This document shows, one piece after another, positions 1 to 9,960 of a stretch of DNA of 64,000 bases; position 1 is the first letter of the stretch, and every line of letters starts with the position of its first letter. The position numbers and the translations under genes are program-made. The DNA lies in NCBI GenBank assembly GCA_020249125.1, contig JADCGG010000040.1, positions 857 to 64,856 on the forward strand, in the 5' to 3' direction. Under the pieces are notes generated by a model, which was not told where the DNA came from, made no database searches, and was given only the letters and a program-made list of their open reading frames with translations. This DNA comes from Roseomonas sp. (GTDB lineage: Bacteria > Pseudomonadota > Alphaproteobacteria > Acetobacterales > Acetobacteraceae).

Positions 1-2125
1 CGGTCAATTCGCCGTATTGCTGCATCAATTCGCCAAGCGCACGGCGCAAGGCGCGTTGCGTGCGCGCATCGCGGGCGGCTTCTTCGCGGGCTTCCGGCGC
101 TTGCGGGCGCGGTGGGGGTGGGCGACGCATATCAGTGCGCGGCGTTTCCTGTTCCCCACTGCGGCGATGCGCGCGGTCCAGCATCTCGGCTTCTCGCCGC
201 ACCATATCCTGCAAAGCGCCCATTTGCTGCTGGCCGCGCTGGCGTTGCTGGCGCTGGCGATCTTCCGTGCGGCTGGTGCGGCCTTCTTCCAAGGCTTGCA
301 GCATTTCCTCAAGCTCGGCCATTTCGCGGTCTGCGTCTTCCTGGCGGCCATCGCGCGTGGCGTCTTCCAGGCGGCGGGTGCGGCGTTCCAATTCGCGCCG
401 GTCATAAACGCGCTGCTGCGGGTCGTAGGATAGCGCTTCATTGTTTTCGCGCTGCATGCGTTCAGCGAGGGCTTCCAGATGGCGGCGAATGGCTTCGCGC
501 AATTCCTGAATGCGGCGCTGCAATTCAGCGCGTTGTTCCGCGCGCTGTTCCGGGCTGCGTTCAGAACTGGCTTCGGCATTGTCGCGGCGCGCTTCTTCCA
601 AAGCCTCACGCAGGGCTTCCCGCGCCTGGGCCAAAGCGCGGGCGCTGCGATCCGTGCGGCCTTCTTCCAGCGCCACCGCGACATCCCAAAGGATTTGCTG
701 GACTTCCGGCACGGCTTCATCACGCTTATCGCGCATGAGCCGATGCCGGGCTGAACGCAGCGTCAGGAACATGCCCGTGTCATGTTCAAAGGCCTCGGGG
801 GCATTGGTGATGCGGTCCAATTCGCGCCGGGCCGGTTCGCGCGCAGTGGGGTCCAGTGAAAGCGCGCGGCGGAGAGCGATCAATTGCTGCGCGACAGGGT
901 GCGAGAACCGCCGTTCCGGCAGCACCAGAAACGTGCCTTCGGATTTGCCTTCCTGTTCCGCGCCATCGCGGGCGAAAAGCCGCGCTTCCACTTCCAGCCC
1001 CGCCCAGGGATGGGCGGAGAAATCGGGCTGAGCGGCGCCCTGCGCCTGGCGCGGCGCGCCTCCGGGCAAAGGCACTTCCTGGATCACCGGCGGTGCGGCA
1101 GGGCGCTGCTTCAGGCGCAATTCCACGCGCAGCGCTGCAAGGCCCCAATCATCTTCCGCTTTCCAGGGCAGGCGCAGCGCCAAGCCTCGCCCGGCCCGGC
1201 CCGGCGCGGGGTCCCAGGCAACCACGGGCGGGGCATCGGGGTTCAGCGTCAGCGCCCATTGCGCCACATCGCGGCCATCGCGGCGCAGGATCAGCGCGCC
1301 GCCCTCGGTCAAAGGCAGTTCAAGCGCATGGCTTTGCGCGTCCATGCGCGTGAAGCCATGGGTCGCGCTGCCCAGGCGCAATTCCGGCGGGTTGGCGCTG
1401 CCGGAGACCACCATCTGCAAGCGGCTACCCGCCGGCACCGCCACCGCGCCGCCTTCGGCCTTCAGGAATTGCGGCGGTGCGCCGGTATAGGCGGGCGGCG
1501 TGATCCAGGCTTCAAACCGCGCCGCAACAGAAGCGGCAGGCGCCAAGGGTTCGGCGAAAGGCGGCAGCAGCGCGGCAAGCAGCCGTTCCGGTGCCTCCCG
1601 CCCCGCCATGCCAAGGGCGGCGATCAGCGCCACCAGCAAACCGGCGCGCAGTGCGCGTGGGTCCTGCGCCGCCAATCCTGGCCTGGGCCGCGCCACACGT
1701 AAGCGCCCGAGCATCGCCACCGCGCGATCCTGATGCGCCTGCCACAGCGCCTGCGCCATTGGGTCATCCCCGGCGGGGCGATCCGCCAGTACCGCCAGAG
1801 GGCGATGGGCCAGGCCGGAATCCTGTTCCAACCGCCGCGCCGCCGCATCCGGGGCCGGCGCGCGCAGCCCTTGCGCGGCGCGATAGCCGAAATAGCCAAG
1901 CGTGGTGGCAAAGCCGATCAGGATCAGCAAATGCAAAGCGGGCGGGAGGGCGGGCAGCAGCCCAGCAAAGGCCAGCACCAGAAAGGCGCCAATCACCCCA
2001 AGCGGCGGCCAGAGCGCCCGCCAAGCGCTTTCCCACCACAATGCCAGCCGAGAAAGTGCAAGCTTCAAACCCAGGGAGCCAAGGCCCTGGTCTTCAGGCG
2101 GCGCTTTCCCCGGCGTTTGGGTCAT
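1..2125 (-). CDS. DUF4175/TIGR02302-family membrane-anchored coiled-coil protein; C-terminus runs off the window start
   Basis: Not in the ORF track because there is no stop in the window. ATG at 2125 overlaps the lysA stop (ATGA). Reads MTQTPGKAPPEDQGLGSLGLKLALSRLALWWESAWRALWPPLG with TM segments, then RFEAWITPPAYTGAPPQFL, and QRALRRALGELMQQYGELT at the window edge in the same frame. The position downstream of lysA is the usual alphaproteobacterial synteny. Confidence 0.85.
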   Translation of the reverse strand, partial: MTQTPGKAPPEDQGLGSLGLKLALSRLALWWESAWRALWPPLGVIGAFLVLAFAGLLPALPPALHLLILIGFATTLGYFGYRAAQGLRAPAPDAAARRLEQDSGLAHRPLAVLADRPAGDDPMAQALWQAHQDRAVAMLGRLRVARPRPGLAAQDPRALRAGLLVALIAALGMAGREAPERLLAALLPPFAEPLAPAASVAARFEAWITPPAYTGAPPQFLKAEGGAVAVPAGSRLQMVVSGSANPPELRLGSATHGFTRMDAQSHALELPLTEGGALILRRDGRDVAQWALTLNPDAPPVVAWDPAPGRAGRGLALRLPWKAEDDWGLAALRVELRLKQRPAAPPVIQEVPLPGGAPRQAQGAAQPDFSAHPWAGLEVEARLFARDGAEQEGKSEGTFLVLPERRFSHPVAQQLIALRRALSLDPTAREPARRELDRITNAPEAFEHDTGMFLTLRSARHRLMRDKRDEAVPEVQQILWDVAVALEEGRTDRSARALAQAREALREALEEARRDNAEASSERSPEQRAEQRAELQRRIQELREAIRRHLEALAERMQRENNEALSYDPQQRVYDRRELERRTRRLEDATRDGRQEDADREMAELEEMLQALEEGRTSRTEDRQRQQRQRGQQQMGALQDMVRREAEMLDRAHRRSGEQETPRTDMRRPPPPRPQAPEAREEAARDARTQRALRRALGELMQQYGELT

Positions 2126-3465
2126 CCCATCAGCCATTCCGGCACACGCTGGCCGGCATGCAAAGCCTCATAGGATTGGCGGTCCCGCACAACGGCAAAG
2201 CGCGCGCCATCCACCAAAACCTCAGCCGCCAAGGGCCGAGCGTTATAGGTGGAAGACATGGTGGCACCATAAGCCCCCGCATCGAGCAGCGCGACCAAGG
2301 CGCCAGGGGGCAAATCCGGCAAGGCGCGGTCACGCGTGAAGCAATCGCTGCTTTCGCAAACCGGGCCCACAACATCAGCCGGCGCCAGCGGTGCGACCAA
2401 AGCGGCGGGCGAGACCGGCAAAATGCCATGCCAGGAATCATACATGGCCGGGCGCAGCAGATCATTCATCGCCGCATCCAGCACCACAAAGCGCCGCGCC
2501 GCGCCCTGCTTTTGCAGGATCACACGAGACAGCAATACCCCCGCCGGCCCCGCAATCCAGCGCCCCGGTTCCAGCATCACCGGCAGGCCCAGCGCGCCGA
2601 GTTCCGCCTTGATCGCCCCCGCCAAGGCCGCCGGCGCGGGCGCGATTTCATCGCGATAGGCAATGCCAAGCCCGCCACCGCAATCCACGCGTTCAATCGG
2701 CAAGCCTTGCAGGCGAATGGCACGCACCAGATCGGCCAAGCGCGCATAGGCAGCGCGATAAGCACCCATGCCGACCGTGATCTGGCTGCCGATATGCGTC
2801 GCAATGCCAATCGGGCGAATGCCGGGCAGGGCGGCCATGCGCGCGTAAAGCGCCAGCGCATCATCATAAGCCACGCCAAACTTGTTTTCGCTAAGACCCG
2901 TCGTGATCTTGGCGTGCGTCTTCGCATCCACATCCGGATTGACGCGAATGGCAACCGGCGCCACGCGCCCCATGCCGGCGGCGATGGCGGAAATCATGTC
3001 AATTTCCTCAATGCTTTCGGCATTGATTTGCATGATGCCTTCCGCCAGCGCCAGGCGAATTTCGCGTTCGGATTTGCCGACGCCGGAGAAGACAATGGCG
3101 CTGGCGGGAATGCCGGCGGCACGGGCGCCGCGCAATTCGCCTTCACTCACCACATCGGCGCCAAGCCCTTCGCGCCCCAGCAGCGCCAGCACCGCCAGAT
3201 TGTCATTGGCCTTGGTGGCGAAATGCACGGTCGCCGTCAGCCCCGCATCGGCCAGGGCTGAACGCAGCGCGCGGGCACGGCGGCGCAAAGTGCCGGCGGA
3301 ATAGACCCAGGTCGGGCTGCCCACCACTTCGGCAATGCGGGCCAGCGGCACATCTTCCATTACCAGCCCGTCATGGGCGTGGCGCGTGAGGTGCGGGCGC
3401 TGCGCCAGCAATTCGGCGAAGGAAGGATCATTGCCCGGATCAAGGGCAGGAGCAGGGACGGCCAT
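2122..3465 (-). CDS. lysA: Diaminopimelate decarboxylase
   Basis: FATKAN PLP-lysine motif, HAKITTGLSENKFG, HIGSQ, LEPGRWI, VGPVCESSD, GAYGATMSSTYN. Confidence 0.97.
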   Translation of the reverse strand: MAVPAPALDPGNDPSFAELLAQRPHLTRHAHDGLVMEDVPLARIAEVVGSPTWVYSAGTLRRRARALRSALADAGLTATVHFATKANDNLAVLALLGREGLGADVVSEGELRGARAAGIPASAIVFSGVGKSEREIRLALAEGIMQINAESIEEIDMISAIAAGMGRVAPVAIRVNPDVDAKTHAKITTGLSENKFGVAYDDALALYARMAALPGIRPIGIATHIGSQITVGMGAYRAAYARLADLVRAIRLQGLPIERVDCGGGLGIAYRDEIAPAPAALAGAIKAELGALGLPVMLEPGRWIAGPAGVLLSRVILQKQGAARRFVVLDAAMNDLLRPAMYDSWHGILPVSPAALVAPLAPADVVGPVCESSDCFTRDRALPDLPPGALVALLDAGAYGATMSSTYNARPLAAEVLVDGARFAVVRDRQSYEALHAGQRVPEWLMG

Positions 3466-3516
3466 CCCCCTATTGTCGTGTCACGCGCGGCCTATCGCAA
3501 GCGCTAAATCAGGCGC

Positions 3517-3654
3517 TCAGCGATTTGGGTATTGCCGAGGATGCGTCACCTCCTCCGCCGGGCCGGGTGGGCGGACCGGCCCCATGCGCCCGCAAGCCGA
3601 GGCCACAAACGCGACCGCCAACAGCAGCAACAGGGACCGCGCGCCAAACCTCAT
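3517..3654 (-). CDS. 45-aa lipoprotein, LptM/YifL/LppL-like
   Basis: Read by hand: [45 protein letters not shown]. Lipobox ASAC followed by GRMGPVRPP, which resembles the CGxKGPLxLP motif. ATG overlaps the argH stop (ATGA); lies upstream of lysA. Confidence 0.8.
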   Translation of the reverse strand: MRFGARSLLLLLAVAFVASACGRMGPVRPPGPAEEVTHPRQYPNR

Positions 3655-5042
3655 GCCAGCTTCGCCTTCCATTCGGCGGCCATGGCGGCGACATTAACAG
3701 GTGATGTGCCGCCATAGGATGTGCGCGACCGGACGGAGGCTTCAACCGTCAGCACATCAAACACGCCCTGGGTGATGCGTGGTTCGACCGATTGCATCTC
3801 AGCCAGCGTCAGGCCGGAAAGATCAACGCCGCGCGCTTCGGCCCTGGCCACCAGCGTGCCGGTGACGTGATGGGCGTCTCGGAAGGGCATTTTCAGGCTG
3901 CGCACCAGCCAATCCGCCAAATCTGTCGCGGTGGAAAAGCCTGCCCCAGCGGCGGCGGCAAGCCGTTCGGTCTGCGGCTTCATATCCCGCACCATGCCGG
4001 CGGTGGCGGCCAGCGTCAGGGTCAGGTTTTCGGCGGCGTCAAAAATGCCTTCCTTGTCTTCCTGCATATCCTTGAAATAGGTCAGCGCCAGGCCCTTCAT
4101 CACCGTGAGTATCCCCATCAGCGCGCCCATCACACGGCCTGTCTTGCCGCGCACCAATTCAGCCGCATCCGGGTTGCGCTTTTGCGGCATGATGGAACTG
4201 CCGGTGGTGAAGGCATCAGAAAGCTTCACAAAGCCGAAATAAGGGTTGGTCCAGATCACAATTTCTTCCGCCAAGCGCGAAAGATGCACGCTGCACATGG
4301 CGCAGCAGAACAGGAATTCCGCGGCGAAATCGCGCGAGGCCACGGCGTCCAGGCTGTTCCGCATGGGCCGATCAAAGCCCAGCGCCTTTGCTGTCATCTG
4401 CCGATCAATCGCGAAGCCCGTGCCGGCAAGTGCCGCCGCCCCCAGAGGGCTTTCATTCAACCGCGCCCGGCAATCCGCGAGGCGCGACAAATCGCGGGAG
4501 AGCATTTCAACATAGGCCAGCATGTGATGGCCGAAAGTAACGGGCTGCGCCGGCTGCAAATGCGTGAAGCCCGGCATGACGCTGCCCGCATGTTCTTCCG
4601 CCCGCGCCACCAAGGCGCGCATCACATCCTTGATCTGGCCTGAAAGCCCATCAATCGCATCGCGCACCCAAAGGCGCACATCCAAAGCCACCTGGTCATT
4701 GCGGGAACGGCCCGTGTGCAGGCGCTTACCGGCTTCGCCAATAGTTTCAGTCAGCCGCGCTTCGATATTCATGTGAATATCTTCAAGCGCGTCATCAAAA
4801 GGGAAATCGCCGGCTTCAATGCGCGCGGCGATTTTTCCAAGGCCGTCGCGGATTGCGGCCTCGTCTTCCGCGCTGATGATCCCTACATGCGCGAGCATGG
4901 CGGCATGGGCCAAGCTGCCTTGGATATCCTGGCGCCACATCTTGCGATCAAACCCGATCGAGGCATTGATGGCCGCCATGATGGCCGAGGGGCCTTGGGC
5001 GAAACGTCCGCCCCATTGCTGGTTCGCGCTGCTGCTGCTCAT
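3651..5042 (-). CDS. argH: Argininosuccinate lyase
   Basis: [39 protein letters not shown] signature. Confidence 0.98.
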   Translation of the reverse strand: MSSSSANQQWGGRFAQGPSAIMAAINASIGFDRKMWRQDIQGSLAHAAMLAHVGIISAEDEAAIRDGLGKIAARIEAGDFPFDDALEDIHMNIEARLTETIGEAGKRLHTGRSRNDQVALDVRLWVRDAIDGLSGQIKDVMRALVARAEEHAGSVMPGFTHLQPAQPVTFGHHMLAYVEMLSRDLSRLADCRARLNESPLGAAALAGTGFAIDRQMTAKALGFDRPMRNSLDAVASRDFAAEFLFCCAMCSVHLSRLAEEIVIWTNPYFGFVKLSDAFTTGSSIMPQKRNPDAAELVRGKTGRVMGALMGILTVMKGLALTYFKDMQEDKEGIFDAAENLTLTLAATAGMVRDMKPQTERLAAAAGAGFSTATDLADWLVRSLKMPFRDAHHVTGTLVARAEARGVDLSGLTLAEMQSVEPRITQGVFDVLTVEASVRSRTSYGGTSPVNVAAMAAEWKAKLA

Positions 5043-5060
5043 GCGAAGGGAGTGTCTTTC

Positions 5061-5621
5061 GTGCCTGTTCTGAACCGCCGTTCCGCGATGTTATGCGCCC
5101 CGGCCTTGATTGGCGCGACCCTACTCGCGCCCGGTCTATCGCGGCAAGGGTGGGCGGCGAAGGGGCTGGAGAAATTGCGCGAAGCCGCGAACCCGGCGCC
5201 GCCGGCGCCGATTACCTTCACCGATGCCGAGGGTAAGGAAATGGGGCTGCCTGCCTTTGCGGGTCAGGGGCTGGTGATCAATCTCTGGGCCACCTGGTGC
5301 CCGCCTTGTGTCGCGGAAATGCCGGCGCTGGACCGGTTGCAAGCCATGGTCCGGGCGGAGCGCATTGCGGTGCTGGCCCTTTCATCGGACCGTGGCGGGC
5401 GGGCGCAGGTGGAGCCCTTCTATCAGCGCCTGGGGCTGAAGGAACTCGCGATTTGGCTGGACCCGCGCGGCGCCGCGGCCCGTGCGCTGGGGGCGCGCGG
5501 CCTGCCGACCACGGTCATCATTGACCGCGGGGGCCGGGAGGTAGCGCGGCTGGAAGGCGAAGCCGCCTGGGATGCGCCGGAATGGGTGGCGGCGGTGCGC
5601 CGATTAGTGGGCGCGCCCTGA
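5061..5621 (+). CDS. tlpA: TlpA-family thiol:disulfide oxidoreductase
   Basis: [18 protein letters not shown] thioredoxin CxxC and [12 protein letters not shown] start at 5061 gives an N-terminus with RR plus a hydrophobic stretch. Divergent from argH. Confidence 0.88.
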   Translation: MPVLNRRSAMLCAPALIGATLLAPGLSRQGWAAKGLEKLREAANPAPPAPITFTDAEGKEMGLPAFAGQGLVINLWATWCPPCVAEMPALDRLQAMVRAERIAVLALSSDRGGRAQVEPFYQRLGLKELAIWLDPRGAAARALGARGLPTTVIIDRGGREVARLEGEAAWDAPEWVAAVRRLVGAP

Positions 5622-5626
5622 TCTGA

Positions 5627-5950
5627 TCAGTTCGTCGGCACGCTCGGCAGGCTGGGCAAAGCCGGCGCGGCAGGGGCGGTGATTGGCGCCGGGCCATCCA
5701 GGATGGACCGGTTCTGCTGCGACGCTCCCTTGGTCAGCAGCGCCAGGGTCAGCGCCAGGGCAAAGAAGGCCGCGCCCAGAATGGCGGTGGACCGCGTCAG
5801 CAAATTGGCCGTGCCACGACCGCCCATGAAGGACCCCATGCCCTGGGAAGACCCAACGCCCAGGCCGCCGCCTTCGCTCCGCTGGAGCAGGACGACGCCG
5901 ATCAGCGCAAGCGTCACGAAAAGATGCAGGACAAGCAGGACGGTAATCAT
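5627..5950 (-). CDS. secG: Preprotein translocase subunit SecG
   Basis: LIGVVLLQRSEGGGLG, RGTANLLTRSTAILGAAFF, two TM helices. Confidence 0.95.
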   Translation of the reverse strand: MITVLLVLHLFVTLALIGVVLLQRSEGGGLGVGSSQGMGSFMGGRGTANLLTRSTAILGAAFFALALTLALLTKGASQQNRSILDGPAPITAPAAPALPSLPSVPTN

Positions 5951-6089
5951 GATGGCGGGCTTTTAGCCGAGCCCGCCCGGCCCGGCTAGCCCCGAATCAA
6001 TCCCACAAAAACAACTCTGCGCCAGACCCTGGACCCGGAGGCTTCCCATCGCCATTCTGAGAGGTGAGTTCAGGCAGCAGAGGCTTGTC

Positions 6090-7310
6090 ATGGGTAGCAT
6101 CTTTCTCGGGCGCCGCGCGCTTCTGGCTGGCGGGGCCGGCTTGGCGGCAGCGGCGGCGGGGCGCGGCGCGGCGGCGCAGGGCGCGCCGATCCGCATTGGG
6201 GAGCTGAATTCCTATAGCCGCATGGCGGCCTTCTGCATTCCCTATCGCAACGCCATGCAACTGGCCGCCGAGCAGATAAATGCCGTCGGCGGGGTGATGG
6301 GCGGGCGGCGGCTGGAATTCATCTTCCGCGATGATGGCGCCACCCCTGGTGACGCGGTGCGCGTGGCAGAGGAATTGCTGACACGTGAAAATGTTGCCTT
6401 CATCGCCGGCACGTTTCTTTCCAATGTCGGGCTGGCGGTGGCTGATTTCGCCAATCAGCGCAAACGCCTTTTCTTCGCGACCGAACCGCTAAGCGATGCG
6501 CTGACCATGGCGCAGGGCAATCGCTATACGTGGCGGCTGCGCCCTTCCACCTTCATGCAGACGCGCATGTTGGTGGAAGCCGCGCGCGGCAGAACGCAGA
6601 AGCGCTGGGCAATTGTGGCGCCGAATTACGAATATGGCCAATCGGCGGCGGCGAATTTCAAGCGGCTGATCGGCAGCGCGATCCCTGGTGCAGAGATCAT
6701 TGCCGAACAATACCCGGCCCTTGGCCGCGTGGATGCTGGTGCCACGGTGGGCGCTCTGGCGCAGGCGCGGCCCGATGCGATTTTCAACGTGCTGTTCGGC
6801 CCGGACCTGACCGCCTTTGTGCGGGAAGGCAATACGCGCGGGCTTTTTGAACGGCGCTTCGTGCTTTCCCTGCTGACGGGGGAGCCGGAATACATGATCC
6901 CGCTAGGTGACGAAACGCCGGAGGGTTGGGTGGTGACGGGCTATCCCTGGGACCAGGTGGAAGGCGCCGAACACCGCGCCTTTGTGGCGGCCTATCGCGC
7001 ACGCTTCAATGACACGCCGCGTAAGGGCAGCCTGCTTGGCTATGTCACGGTGCAGGTGCTGGCCAATATGCTGAACCGCGCCAATAGCCTGGATAATGAG
7101 GTTTTGGTGGATACGCTGCGCGATCTGCGCACCGATACCGTGGTCGGCAATGTGACGATGCGCGGCATTGACCAGCAAGGCACCATGGGCACCTGGGTGG
7201 GTGAAACCACGCAGCGCAATGGCCAGGGCATCATGCGCAACGCGCGCTATGCGGATGGTGCTGACTTCATGTTCCCTGAAGAAGAAGTGCGGGCCGCGCG
7301 CCGGGCGTGA
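6090..7310 (+). CDS. Branched-chain amino acid-type ABC transporter substrate-binding protein with Tat-like signal
   Basis: LGRRALLAGG twin-arginine leader, IRIGELNSY, FRDDGATPGDAV; type I periplasmic binding protein pattern. Confidence 0.9.
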   Translation: MGSIFLGRRALLAGGAGLAAAAAGRGAAAQGAPIRIGELNSYSRMAAFCIPYRNAMQLAAEQINAVGGVMGGRRLEFIFRDDGATPGDAVRVAEELLTRENVAFIAGTFLSNVGLAVADFANQRKRLFFATEPLSDALTMAQGNRYTWRLRPSTFMQTRMLVEAARGRTQKRWAIVAPNYEYGQSAAANFKRLIGSAIPGAEIIAEQYPALGRVDAGATVGALAQARPDAIFNVLFGPDLTAFVREGNTRGLFERRFVLSLLTGEPEYMIPLGDETPEGWVVTGYPWDQVEGAEHRAFVAAYRARFNDTPRKGSLLGYVTVQVLANMLNRANSLDNEVLVDTLRDLRTDTVVGNVTMRGIDQQGTMGTWVGETTQRNGQGIMRNARYADGADFMFPEEEVRAARRA

Positions 7311-9181
7311 GCGTGGAATTCAGCTTTCTGCTGGTTCAGGCGCTTTCCGGTCTGGCCAGCGCATCGTCACTTTTCATCATCGCCTCTGGCCTCACGCTGG
7401 TATTTGGCGTGACGCGGATTGTGAACTTCGCGCATGGGTCATTCTACATGCTCGGCGCCTATATGGCGGTGACGATTGTGCCGTGGCTGTTGCAGATTGA
7501 ACGATCCCCCACGCTGTTTTTCCTGGGTGTTTTGCTTTCCGCTTTTGTCGTTGGCCTGCTTGGCGTGGCGATGGAAATCCTGCTGCTGCGCCGCATCTAC
7601 AAGGTGCCGGAGCTGTTCCAATTGCTGGCGACCTTTGGCGTGGTGCTGATGGTGCAGGATGCGGTGCTGCATATCTGGGGGCCATTGGATATTTCGGGGC
7701 CGCGCGCGCCAGGCTTGCGCCATGGCGTGATGATTCTGGATCAGCGTTTTCCGGCTTATGAGCTTTTCCTGATTTGCGCCGGGCCGTTGGTGCTCGGCCT
7801 TTTGTGGCTGCTGATGCACAAAACGCGCTTTGGCATCTTGCTGCGTGCCGCGACGCGGGACCGGGAGATGGTGGGCGCGCTTGGCGTCAATCAGGCTTTG
7901 CTGTTCACCGGCACGCTATTCCTGGGCGCCTTTCTGGCCGGGCTTGGCGGCGCCTTGCAGATACCGCGCGTTGCGGCTTCCGCGCAGATGGATCTTTCCA
8001 TCATTACCGAAGCCTTTGTGGTGACGGTGATTGGCGGCATGGGTTCGATTGGCGGCGCCTTTCTGGCTGCGTTGCTGATCGGGCAATTGCAGGCTTTCGG
8101 TGTGCTGATTTTCCCGAAAATCACGCTGGTGCTGGTGTTTCTGCTGATGGCGCTGGTGCTGGTGGTGAAGCCTTGGGGCCTGCTTGGGCGGCCTGAGGCC
8201 GCGCCGCCTTCAGCAATGCCCGAGGGTATCGCCAGCCCGCGCGGCTTTGGCGTGTTAGACAAAATCTTGGCGGTGCTGGCGCTGCTTCTGGCAGCCATGC
8301 TGCCGCTATTCGGCGATGCCTATGCGGTGAAGGTCGCGACCGAGGTTTTGATCTTCGCGCTCGCTGCCTTTTCGCTGAATTTCCTGGTGGGCAATGGCGG
8401 GATCGTGAGCTTCGGCCACGCCGCCTATTTCGGCCTTGGCGCCTATGCCAGCGCATTGATGGTGACAAGGTTGGGCCTGCCGATGGAACCGGCGTTGCTC
8501 GCCGCGCCCTTGGCGGGAGGGTTTTTCGCGGCCCTGTTCGGCTATTTCATTGTGCGCTTGCAAGGCATTTATCTGGCGATGCTAACGCTTGCTTTCGCAC
8601 AAATTGCCTATGCGGTCTGCTTTCAATGGGTGGAGGTCACGGGCGGCGATAATGGCATTGTCGGTGTTTGGCCTTCGACTTGGGCCGCATCACGCAGCGC
8701 CTATCATTACCTGGTGCTGGTGGCGGCAGTGCTTGGGATTTTCGCCCTGCGCCATGTGATTTATGCGCCCTTTGGTGCCAGCTTGCGCGCCGCGCGGGAT
8801 TCATCGGCGCGGGCGGAAGCGATTGGCATTGATGTGCGCGCGCATCGCTGGCTTGGCTTCACCATCGCCGGCGCGGCGGCGGGCTTGGCGGGTGGGCTTT
8901 ACGCTTTCTCCAAAGGTTCGATTGACCCGACACTTTTGGGCATTCCGCTTTCGGTGGATTTCCTTGCGATGATTTTGCTGGGCGGGATGCAAAGCGTGAT
9001 GGGGCCGGTGCTGGGGGCGGCGGCCTTCCACAGCATCAAGGATATCTTCATGCCGCTGACCGATCATTGGCGCTTCCTGCTGGGTGCTGCGATCATCGCG
9101 CTGGTGCTGATCTTCCCGCGTGGCCTGGGCGGTGCCTATGCTTCGCTGCGGGCGCGCTTTGCGCGGGGTGGCGCGCCATGA
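7307..9181 (+). CDS. Fused LivH-LivM-type ABC permease
   Basis: Two permease modules: GLTLVFGVTRIVNFAHGSFYM and GIVSFGHAAYFGLG ... GIYLAMLTLAFAQ; 624 aa. Confidence 0.9.
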   Translation: MSVEFSFLLVQALSGLASASSLFIIASGLTLVFGVTRIVNFAHGSFYMLGAYMAVTIVPWLLQIERSPTLFFLGVLLSAFVVGLLGVAMEILLLRRIYKVPELFQLLATFGVVLMVQDAVLHIWGPLDISGPRAPGLRHGVMILDQRFPAYELFLICAGPLVLGLLWLLMHKTRFGILLRAATRDREMVGALGVNQALLFTGTLFLGAFLAGLGGALQIPRVAASAQMDLSIITEAFVVTVIGGMGSIGGAFLAALLIGQLQAFGVLIFPKITLVLVFLLMALVLVVKPWGLLGRPEAAPPSAMPEGIASPRGFGVLDKILAVLALLLAAMLPLFGDAYAVKVATEVLIFALAAFSLNFLVGNGGIVSFGHAAYFGLGAYASALMVTRLGLPMEPALLAAPLAGGFFAALFGYFIVRLQGIYLAMLTLAFAQIAYAVCFQWVEVTGGDNGIVGVWPSTWAASRSAYHYLVLVAAVLGIFALRHVIYAPFGASLRAARDSSARAEAIGIDVRAHRWLGFTIAGAAAGLAGGLYAFSKGSIDPTLLGIPLSVDFLAMILLGGMQSVMGPVLGAAAFHSIKDIFMPLTDHWRFLLGAAIIALVLIFPRGLGGAYASLRARFARGGAP

Positions 9182-9960
9182 CGCTGCTGGTTGTTGAGAA
9201 TCTCAACAAGCGTTTTGGCGGCGTGGTGGCGGCGCGCAATGTGAGTTTTGCGCTGGCAGCAGGTGAGATGCTCGCCATGATCGGCCCGAATGGTGCCGGC
9301 AAATCCACCAGCTTCAATATGGTGGGCGGGCAATTGCGCCCCGATAGTGGGCGCGTGGTGCTGGCGGGGCAGGACATCACCGGCCTGCCGCCGCGCGCCA
9401 TTTGCCGCCTGGGGGTGGGGCGCAGCTTTCAGGTAGCGCAGCCCTTTCTTTCCGTGTCGGTGCTCGAGAATCTGCAAATGGCACTGATTGCCCATGCTGG
9501 GCGCACGCGTGATATGATTTCGCGTGCCGATGCGCTGTTCCGCGATGAAGCGCTTGGCCTGCTGGCCGAACTTGGCATGGCCGATGCGGCGGCACGGCCC
9601 ATGAATACGCTTGCTTATGGCGATGTGAAGCGCGTGGAGCTTGCCATCGCGCTTGCGGGCAAGCCGCGCCTGCTGCTGATGGATGAACCCACCGCCGGCA
9701 TGGCGCCTGGCGAACGCGCCGCGCTGATGCGCCTGGTGGCCGCCATCGCGCGGCGTTCTTCCATTGGCGTGCTGTTCACCGAACATGACATGGATGCGGT
9801 CTTTGCCCATGCGGATCGTATCCTGGTGCTGGTACGGGGCGAGATTATTGCAGCCGGCAGCCCGGAAGAAGTGCGCGCCAATCCGGAAGTGCAACGCGTT
9901 TACCTCGGCACTTCCGGGTTGCGCGCCGCGTTGCGCGCCAGGGCAGCGGCGCATGGCTGA
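9178..9960 (+). CDS. LivG-type ABC ATP-binding protein
   Basis: GPNGAGKS Walker A, LAYGDVKRVELA, LLLMDEP; ATG at 9178 overlaps the permease stop. Confidence 0.92.
   Translation: MTLLVVENLNKRFGGVVAARNVSFALAAGEMLAMIGPNGAGKSTSFNMVGGQLRPDSGRVVLAGQDITGLPPRAICRLGVGRSFQVAQPFLSVSVLENLQMALIAHAGRTRDMISRADALFRDEALGLLAELGMADAAARPMNTLAYGDVKRVELAIALAGKPRLLLMDEPTAGMAPGERAALMRLVAAIARRSSIGVLFTEHDMDAVFAHADRILVLVRGEIIAAGSPEEVRANPEVQRVYLGTSGLRAALRARAAAHG

Noticed and set aside
17-2173. Many overlapping ORFs in the track (e.g. 25-723, 884-1702, 1591-3261)
   Set aside because: Shadow frames of the DUF4175 gene and lysA. High GC suppresses stops and the translations are R/A/P-rich without motifs.
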